DNA of 64,000 nucleotides from Octopus vulgaris. Lineage: Eukaryota. A model generated the notes under the pieces. That model saw nothing but the letters and a program-made list of their open reading frames with translations. It ran no database searches and was not told the origin of the DNA. The stretch is taken from NCBI GenBank assembly GCA_951406725.2, contig OX597819.1, forward strand, positions 27,404,001-27,468,000, read 5' to 3'. A program made the translations under genes and the position numbers. Positions 54,874 to 64,000 of this stretch are shown here, one piece after another; position 1 is the stretch's first letter; each line of letters begins with the position of its first letter.

Positions 54874-55231
54874 CAGTGATACCTCGTAGTACGAGTTTAA
54901 TTCGTTCCATGACCGAGCTCGTCTTACAATTTACTCGTTTTACAAATCGATTTTCCCTATTGAAATTAACTAAAATATAATTAATCGTTCTAGCCATCAA
55001 AAACCACTCAAAATTTTTTTTTTTATGGCTTTTAAAAACAGAAAAGTTGCAGTTACTAGTAAAATGACAATTATAAAAAAGAGAATGCAAAAGAAATATG
55101 TAAACTGGTTTAATTAACCGAATGACCTTTATGAGCTCGTACTGCAAATTTCCGCTCGCACTTCAAGACAAAAATTTGCACGAGTTTCGGCTCGTACAGC
55201 TAATTACTTGTACAATGGGGGCATTCTACTG
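54874..55231. mobile_element. Tigger/pogo-like MITE
   Basis: TA-CAGTGATACCTCG ... GGCATTCTACTG-TA with subterminal CTCGT repeats. Confidence 0.7.
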
Positions 55232-55254
55232 TACAGATGTTGGTTCAGCTAAAC

Positions 55255-55430
55255 CAGTGGTTCTCAACAGGGGTGGGATGAATAAGGCTTTTGGGGTTCC
55301 ATACGAGATTTTGTTGTTAAAATTTATATACAATACAGAATTATCCACAATACACAAAATATTTTCACAGTTTTTTTTTTAATACAATTCCTAATAATAT
55401 TTAATTATAACAATATAAAAAGATTGTTCT
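55255..55430. mobile_element. Left end of a hAT (Charlie-like) MITE, truncated; followed by a partial SINE B at 55439-55585
   Basis: CAGTGGTTCTCAAC terminus, related to the element at 23962. Confidence 0.55.
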
Positions 55431-55690
55431 ATTACATAGGCGCAGGATTGGCTGTGTGGAAAGTAGCTTGCTTACCAACCACATGGTTCTGGGGTCAGTC
55501 CCACTGCGTGGCAAGTGTCTTCTACTATAGCCTCGAACCGACCAAAGCCTTGGTAGACGGAAACTGAAAGGAGCCCGTCGTATATAATAATAATAATAAT
55601 TTGAGGGAATATTATTCCAAACTTACAGGGAAATTTTCAATTTAGAAATACTAAGTCAAATTTCACAAAATATAATATATATAAATTATT

Positions 55691-55992
55691 AAAAAAACAC
55701 CTTTTATCAATTCAAAATGAAAAATTAAATTACACCATCTAGAAAATTACATATAATAGAAATATTAGATATAAGATAAAAAAATATACCGATGATTAAG
55801 TAATATGCAAAATAATAAATAAAACGTACATATTTGGCAGAATAACAAATATATACGTTTTATTTATTATTTTGCACATTATTTAATCATCGGTATATTT
55901 TTTTATCTTATATTTAATATTTCTATTATATGTAATTTCCTAGATGGTGTAATTTAATTTTTCATTTTGAATTGATAAAAGGTGTTTTTTTT
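55691..55992. repeat. Fold-back inverted repeat, about 146-bp arms with a 9-bp loop
   Basis: 55691-55836 is the reverse complement of 55846-55992 with few mismatches; right arm runs into (TA)n. Confidence 0.96.
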
Positions 55993-56059
<67 letters not shown>

Positions 56060-56200
56060 TATAAATATATATATATATGTAAATGAAAGTATTTTTACAT
56101 ACTCGAGACACTGCTAGGGTGCATTATGCCATCTTCTCATCAGGAAAGAAAATTATTAATTACTAATTAATTAATTTTACCCTTATTATTATTATTGACA

Positions 56201-56263
<63 letters not shown>

Positions 56264-56274
56264 TGTGTGTGTGA

Positions 56275-56337
<63 letters not shown>

Positions 56338-56804
56338 CAAACATATACACACCTATACGTAAATGGTCTTTTTACATACTGAACACTGCTTGGTAAAATT
56401 ATTAATTACTAATTAATTAATTTTACCCTTATTATTATTGACAATATATATATATATATGTGTGTGTGTGTGTCTGTGTATATGTTTGTGTGTCTATGTT
56501 TGTCACCCCAGCATCGCTTGACAACCGATGCAGGTGTGTTTACGCCCTCTAACTTAGCGGTTTGGCAAAATATACCGATAGAATAGTTACTAAAGGTGGT
56601 GCTGGCTGCAGTCAAATGACTGAAACAAGTAAAAGAGTAAAAGAGTAATATCAAATTGTTATGAGCGACCATCCGAGTTAAATATGAAGCAAAGGGGTCC
56701 AGAGGCAAATTGGTTGCGAACCACTAGGTTAAACCTTTCAAGACGATGCCCCAGAATGGCCGCAAGTCCAATAACTGAAACAAGTAAAGGATATAAGATA
56801 AAAG

Positions 56805-56835
56805 AACACCACTATTACAACTACCACCACAAGAA

Positions 56836-56870
<35 letters not shown>

Positions 56871-56998
56871 ATACTGCTGCTGCTGCACTACTACTACTGT
56901 TGATTCTACTACTACAACAACAACCACCTTCTGCAACTATCATAAAATACCACTGTCACCACCACAAACAACCCCACTATAACTACCCACTATTGCTG

Positions 56999-57058
<60 letters not shown>

Positions 57059-59202
57059 AGATCATTGACAACAGTGCCACCACCACAACCATTATCACTA
57101 CTACCATTTTCACCATCTCTACAATCACTCTCACAACACTTTTACTATCACCACCACCACTACCTCCACCACTACAACTACCATCACCACTACCACTATC
57201 ACCACAACCACCATCACCACCACCACCATCACCACCACCACCATCATCACTCAATACCATCACCACTACTATCATCATCATCATCATCACCACCACCACC
57301 ACTACTACCACTATCACCGGCACCACCATTATCACCAACACCAACACCACTGTCACCATCACCACTACCACCCTCACTACCACTATCACAAACACCAACC
57401 CCACAAACACCAACCCCACCACCACCAACCCCACCACCACCCACCACCACGATTACTATCACTTCTACTACCTCCTTTACCACTACAGAAACTATTTTGA
57501 TAATAAGCACTCCTACAACTACAACACCTACTACTATCATAACAATAACTTCTACTCCTATCTCTACCACTATCATTACATTAACCATTCCGAAACTACC
57601 ACTCTGAATACTATCTCCTATACGACACTAATGACAACATAGCAGCTACCACCACAACAATTACAACGGTATTTTTCAAACTTATAGCATGAACAATAAC
57701 TACAATGACACCAACAACAACAACAACAGCAGCAGCACCGAGTGCAGCAGCAACAACAAAAACAACAACAACAACAACAGCAAAAACAACAAAAACAACA
57801 GCAGCAACAATAACAACAACAACAAAAACAATTACAAAAACAACAGCAGCAACAATATCAACAACAACAAAAACAGCAAAAACCTCAGCAGCAACAACAG
57901 CAAAAACAACAAAAACAATTACAAAAACAACAGCAGCAGCAACAACAGCAACAAAAGCAACAAAAACAACAAAAGCAACAGGAGCAACAATAATAACAAA
58001 AACAACAGCAGCACCAACAACAACAACAATAACAGCAGACGGCAGTAATAAAAACGACAGCAGCAACAAAAGAAAAAACAACAACAGCAGCAGCAGCCGC
58101 AGCAGCACTGGTACCAACGCCGACGACTCCGCCGACAGCAGCAATAATAACAACCTCAGCAGCAACAGTGGGTAAAGCTATAAAATGTGAAGCCATTTCT
58201 GTTGCTGCTGTTGTGTCTTTCTCTCTACCTTTGCATTGCGATGCAGTTTCATCAGGTTGGAATGTCAGGATTGGAGGGGAGGGGGGGGGAAAGAAACGAC
58301 ATTCCTGGCATATTTCTGGTCAATTACCACAGGGGAAAGGGAGGGGGAGAAAGAGAGGGGGGAAGTGAGGAAGGGAAGGTGAATGGGTGGGTGGGTGGCT
58401 GTTGTAGGAATGGCGGTAGGAGCGAGAGTTCCGTGGTGGTGGTAGTGGTGGTGGTGGTGGTGTGGTGGTGGTGGTGGTAGTGGTTTTGGTGATGGGGGTG
58501 GTGGTGGTAGGGGTGATAATGGTGGTTGTGTTGGTTGTGGTGGTGGTGGTGGTGGTGGTAGTAGTGGTGGTAACGGTGGTATAGTGGTGAATGTGGTAGT
58601 GGTGGTTGAGTTGGTTGTGGTGGTGGTGACAGTAGGTGATAGTAGGAGTAATAAAAGTAGTGACTGTGTGATAGTTGGGGTGGTAGTGGTGGTGGTGGTG
58701 GTGGTGTGTGTAGAGAGAGAGAGAGACAGTGGTAGCAGTTACGGTGGTAGTAAAAGGAGATCGTAGGGGAGGTAGTATCAATAGTCGTGGAAATAAAAGT
58801 AGCGACAACGTCATAGTATAGTTGTGATGTTAATGACTGTGGTGGTGGTGGTGGTGGTGGTGGTGGCGGTGGTGGTGAAAGCAGTGGTAGCAGCTTTGGT
58901 GGTAGTAAATAGTGGTGGTGGAGGTGGAGGTGGTGGAGGTGGTGGAGGTAGTGGTGGTGGTAGTGGCTGTGTGGTGATTGTAGAGACAACAGTGGAGGTG
59001 GTAGTATAGATAGTGGTGGTAATAAAAAGTGGTGACAGTCGTGCTGGCTGTAGTTGTAGTAGCGGTGATGACATTGGTGATGGTGGTAGTAGTAGTGGTG
59101 GTGGTGATGGTGGTGGTGGTAGTGGTTGGCAATGGTAACAGTGGCGGTGGTAGCATTGGTGACAGTATCGGTAATAGCAGCAGCAGCAGTAGTAGCAGTA
59201 GC

Positions 59203-59253
<51 letters not shown>

Positions 59254-59887
59254 GGTGGTGGTGGTGGTGATGGTATTGGTGGTGGTTGTGGATTTAGTGG
59301 TAGTGCGGCACTGGGTGACAGTATTGGTGACAAATGTGGTGGTGGTCGCGGTGATTGCGGTGGTCGTGGTGGTCGTGGTGATGGTGGTGGAGGATGAGAT
59401 GTTGTGGGGAGGGAAGTGGGAATCCGGAAGCAGTTAAGGGTGGTGGGGGTCTAGCAATGATAGGGGTAGTATTGGTAGAAGTAGTGTTGGTGTGGGAGGT
59501 AGTGAGGTGTAATAGGGTGGAGGATGGATGGTGATATGGATGAAAGGGTAACGGAACGTTTTTTGGAGGATTGGTGAGTGTAAGGTAATGGCGGTGGTGA
59601 GGTGGTGATGATGATAGTGATGCTGATGGTATTGGTAGTGGTTGTGTTGGTGGTGGTGGGGTAATAATGGTGTGATGATGGTGGTGATGATGCTGGTGCC
59701 GATGGTGAATGCGATGGTGCTGCTGATGATAGTGGTGGGGGTGATGGTAGTGGTGGTGGTGGTGGTGGTGGTAATGGTGGTAAGGACTATGAGGATGGCG
59801 ATGGTGATGATTATGATGAGGATAGTGGTGGTGGTGGTGGTGGTGGTGGTGGTGGTGGTGGTGGTAAGGTGGGGGTGGTGGTGGTTC

Positions 59888-59936
<49 letters not shown>

Positions 59937-60661
59937 GGTGGTGGTGGTGGTGGTGGTGGTGGTGGTAAGGTGGGGTGAGGTTGATAGTGGTGTGTGATGA
60001 TGATGGTGGTTCTGATGATGATGATGATGATGATGATGACTATGATGATGAGAGTGGCGTTGGTAATGTGTTGGTATTGATGGTGATGATGATGATGACG
60101 GTGGTTATGGTGATGGTGTTAATGGTGGTGGGGTGGAGAGTCAAAAGGGATGATGCGCAGAGGTACCATAAAATTGGTGGTGGGTAGAATGGTGCTTGTC
60201 GTAGTAAGAGTAGTAGGGAGAGTCGATATTGTTGTTGTTGTTGTTGTTGTTGTTGTGATGGTGGTAGAGGCGGCGGTGTAAGTTGTGGTGGTCTGGAGTA
60301 GAGGGAAGAGATGTTCGAAGAGTGGCAGAAAATTGAAGTTGGATGATGATGGCGACGCCGACGATAAAGACGGACGACGATGGTGATGATGATGATGCTG
60401 AGGATAATGAGGAGGAGGAGGAGGGGTATAATGGCAGTTATCGTGGTGGTGGTGGTGGTGGTGGTGGTGGTAGTGGTGGAGAAGGTTGCAGTGATGTTGA
60501 TGCTGCCGGTGATTTTCATGATGATTGTGATGGTGATGGTAAATGGAAGTTTAAGTGATGCAAAATGGCAGTGATGGCAGCGGAGATGGTGGCGATGATG
60601 ACGGCGGTGGTGGCGGTGGCAGCAGTGGGCATAATGGTGTTGGTAGCAGTGGCAGTTGTGG

Positions 60662-60719
<58 letters not shown>

Positions 60720-61275
60720 GGTGCTGGTGGTGCTGGTGCTGGTGGTGCTGGTGCTGGTGGTGCTGGTGGTGCTGGTGGAATGGTGCTGGTGGTGGTGGTG
60801 CTGGTGCTGGTGCTGGTGGTGCTGGTGGTGGTGGTGGTGCTGGTGCTGGTGGTGGTGCTGGTGGTGGTGGTAGCCAGCGTTAGTCGGTAATGAAGGGAGA
60901 GATGGAACAGAAATGAAGATAGTAGTGGTGGAATTGGCGGTGTGGTGGCAGTAATCAATCGCTATAGGATAAGGAGTGAGGTTGGGTTGGGGGGTGATAG
61001 TGGTGGTGGTAGTAGTGGTGGTAGTGGTGGTGGTGGTGATGTTAGTGGTGGTGATTGTGGTGATGTGGTGATAGTAGTGATAATGGTGGCGGTGATGGCA
61101 GTGGTGGTCGTAGTGGTCGTGGTGGTGGTGCTGATGGTAGTGATAATGGTGAGGGTGATGGCAGTGGTGGTTGTAGTGGTCGTGGTGATGGTGCAGATGG
61201 TGGTGGGGCTGATGGTGGTGCTGGTGCTGGTGGTGGCGGTGATCGTGGTGGTCATCGTGGAACTCGTGGTGGAGT
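56805..61275. repeat. About 4.5 kb trinucleotide mosaic: (CTA/CAC/CAA/CAG)n then (GGT/GAT/AGT/GCT)n
   Basis: Direct inspection; strand composition flips around 58170-58430. Confidence 0.93.
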
Positions 61276-61328
61276 GTGCAAGTAAAGATCAGAGAAGCCT
61301 GGGAGAGCGCGTCGGCAAAGACAAATAT

Positions 61329-61386
<58 letters not shown>

Positions 61387-61546
61387 GCGTGTGTGTGCGT
61401 GTGTGTGCGCGCGCGCGTTTGTATGTATGTATGAATGTATGTATGTGTATGGATTGGGCTCTTGAAATAGCAAGTGAAATGTCAGTGCCCCAGTATGACC
61501 GCAATCCATGGGGTGGACAGGTAAAAGAGTAGAGATACGCATGTCC

Positions 61547-61577
<31 letters not shown>

Positions 61578-61949
61578 GGTGCAGGCGTGGTGAGTAGCTT
61601 GCTTCCCAGCCACATGACTCCGGGTTCAGTTCCACTGCGTGGTACCTTGGGCAAGTGTCTTCTACCAAAGCCTCGGGCCGACCAAATCCCTGTGATGGAT
61701 TTGGCAGACGGAAACTGAAAGAAGCCCGTCGTATATATATGTGTGTGTGTGTGTTTGTCCCCCAACATCGCTTAACAACCGATGTTGGTGTGCTTACGTC
61801 CCCGTAACTTATCGGTTCGGCAAAAGAGGCCGATAGAATAAGTACTAGGCTAACAAAGAATAAGTCCTGGGGTCGATTTGCTCAACTAAAAGGCGATGCT
61901 CCAGCATGGCTACAGTCAAATGACTGAAACAAGTAAAAGAGTAAAAGAG
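61578..61949 (+). mobile_element. SINE family B, full-length
   Basis: Matches 54421-54828; abuts the 5' breakpoint of the downstream PLE. Confidence 0.92.
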
Positions 61950-61964
61950 TATATACATATGATA

Positions 61965-64000
61965 TGATATGATTCTGCTCTGGCCAGTGACCTAATCGGA
62001 ATATATACTCTTTCATTAATCCAGTTTTCCTTTCCGGAAGTAACAGGGGTTCTATATAGGGTGACGCCTTATTTTTTCTGGACAAAAGTAGCGAAGTACA
62101 GTTAGAAAGGCATAGGAAAATTTTCTTTAGACTTTAAAAAAATTTATGACTAAAGATTACTATGAATAAAGATTATCGTAAAGTGATTTTTTTTTTACGC
62201 TACCTTCTGTCTTGATACTGGATTACTTGAACCATTTCATAAGCCAAATGATCATATTAAGTACGTTAACGTAGCATCCAACCACCCACCCTCGATTATA
62301 CGGGGACTCGTTAAGAATATTTCTACAAGAATCTCTAGATCTCCGCTAATAATAAAATTTAGCTAATCTCCCGCTAATAGTAAAATTTTTGAATCTCATG
62401 CATTTTATTATAATGCTGCTCTAGCTAGGACTGGGTACTCTGAAAAAAATTCAATATATACAAGAGGCAGGCATACACAACACGGTTAATTCCTCCAACT
62501 GTGATACACGTTGTATACCACCACAACGTTACGGCTTGAGAACTCACTCAGAAAAAGAATACAGGCCGGAAAGAATCGGTCATATCAATGAACTACCAAT
62601 GAAAACTCATAGACACACGCGACATAATAAAATAACTGCTTATTCCAATCTTGTACAACACGCTCGATCAATAAAGCCTAACAACAGATACAGGAATCAG
62701 GATGTCCTCTGGTTCAACCCGATTTACGGTTTGCATGTTTCAACAAAGATCGCTGGAAAATGTTTTGTTGCTTTGGACAAGTGTTTACTTAAATCTAATC
62801 GGTATCATGCTATTTTTAATCGACATATCGTAAAGGTGTCCTACGCCAACTCTGCAAATCTAGAGCAGCTTATGCATCGCATAAACAATAGCAAAATGCG
62901 GCAAATACCAACTACGCTAGATCCACCTACTGGATCTAGAAAACATTTGCATCTAAATACCAACGAATGAGATGTACACTGCAATGATGAATACCAACTA
63001 CGATCAATTTGTAGTAGTAGAAATACTTATGATACAGCTAACACAGTAACAGCGCGGGCATATGGAGTCAGGACTGCCTTATATACAAATAAATACGATA
63101 AATGCTCATTCAAAGAAAACTCGAAATGTCCTTTGATGAATCTCTGTATGAGTACAAATGTTGTATATAAATGTACCGCGCATACAAGGAGAGGGTCGAA
63201 TATTTACATTGGGCAGACGGCTGATTCATTTAAGAATCGTTAGCGTAACTATGTGGCCAGCTTTAAGACAATCAATAAGAGACATTCAACATCTTTGGCA
63301 GATTTTGTATGGCGACTGAAAGAGGATAAAATGAAGTACAGCATTAATTGGTACATAGTAAGGTACGCAAAACCGTACAATATAATTACTAGGAGATGCC
63401 GTCTCTGCTCCGAAGAATTCCTGTCTATTCTATGGACTAACGAGAAGATCATTAATAGAAATTCTGAATGACTCGAGATGCCTACACGCATATAAATGTA
63501 CTTTCGCACAATGCAGTGGGAATGAATTTTGAGAAACCGTTGACTTAATTTAATTTACTTTAACGTATGAATGATTGAAGTTTACTTATAACTTCGCCAT
63601 TCTTACAAACACCAAGTTGATAACTAACTCGCTTTGTGATCATGAGTGCACCAAACCTCACGTGTGCGTATGCTCACATTTTTGCGGATGCTTGTATGAG
63701 CGACTGGACTTGCGCCATGCAGTTTGCCCGAGGGTGTTTATACATCGATATCCGTTAACGGTTATCTTTAATACTTATCTCGCTGGATTGCGAGTTCGTT
63801 TCTCTTTTTCCCATCTGTGATTTTATTTTTGACCTTCTATATAAATGAAGATATTTCCTCTGTCAGGCTGCTTTTCTTTCTACAAAACGGGAAATTACAC
63901 TGCGGAACAGTTATTTAAACGAATTGTATTTATTTATCACCTGAAGAGATATATCTGCTCCTGAATTAGTTGTTGAGTGTCCTACCCATGAGGAATTGAT
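61965..64000 (+). mobile_element. Second Naiad-type Penelope-like element (RT motifs 4-7, thumb, GIY-YIG, 3' UTR), degenerate
   Basis: YDSALASDLIGIY..GVLYRGDA (YRDD site); EPFHKPND..YVNVASNHPPSI; VLWFNP; IFNRHIVKVSY; KCPL..NVVYKC..IYIGQT..FKNR; TSLADFVWRLK; CRLC; ORF remnants end near 63530. Confidence 0.92.

Noticed and set aside
58225-58260. CTGATGA plus hairpin TGCAT-CGCA-ATGCA on the minus strand as an HHR
   Set aside because: No GAAA, stem III or stem I; similar isolated CTGANGA hits at about 470, 2378, 23337, 23493 and 36307 were also discarded

Overview
AT-rich, repeat-saturated eukaryotic genomic DNA with no host protein-coding gene that I can support. The SINE families and microsatellite spectrum look like an octopus (coleoid cephalopod) genome; that is pattern recognition, not a database result. 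Most entries in the ORF track are translations of microsatellites. Contents: (i) three families of tRNA-like SINEs; (ii) decayed Tc1/mariner elements, including two full-length mariners with TIRs, two DD37D/maT-like copies, a Tc1 fragment and MITEs; (iii) a hAT MITE with an 8-bp TSD; (iv) LINE fragments (RTE, CR1-like, RLE-type) and a Gypsy gag remnant; (v) three Penelope-like element (PLE) remnants, two Naiad-type and one Neptune-type; (vi) kilobase trinucleotide mosaics. The most striking unannotated signal is about a dozen type I hammerhead ribozyme (HHR) motifs of several distinct designs on both strands. They include canonical cores, U3:A8 covariant cores and minimal palindromic forms. 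They sit in short (TA)n-anchored elements, in a terminally redundant 358-bp retrozyme-like unit, in fold-back inverted repeats, and downstream of PLE ORFs.
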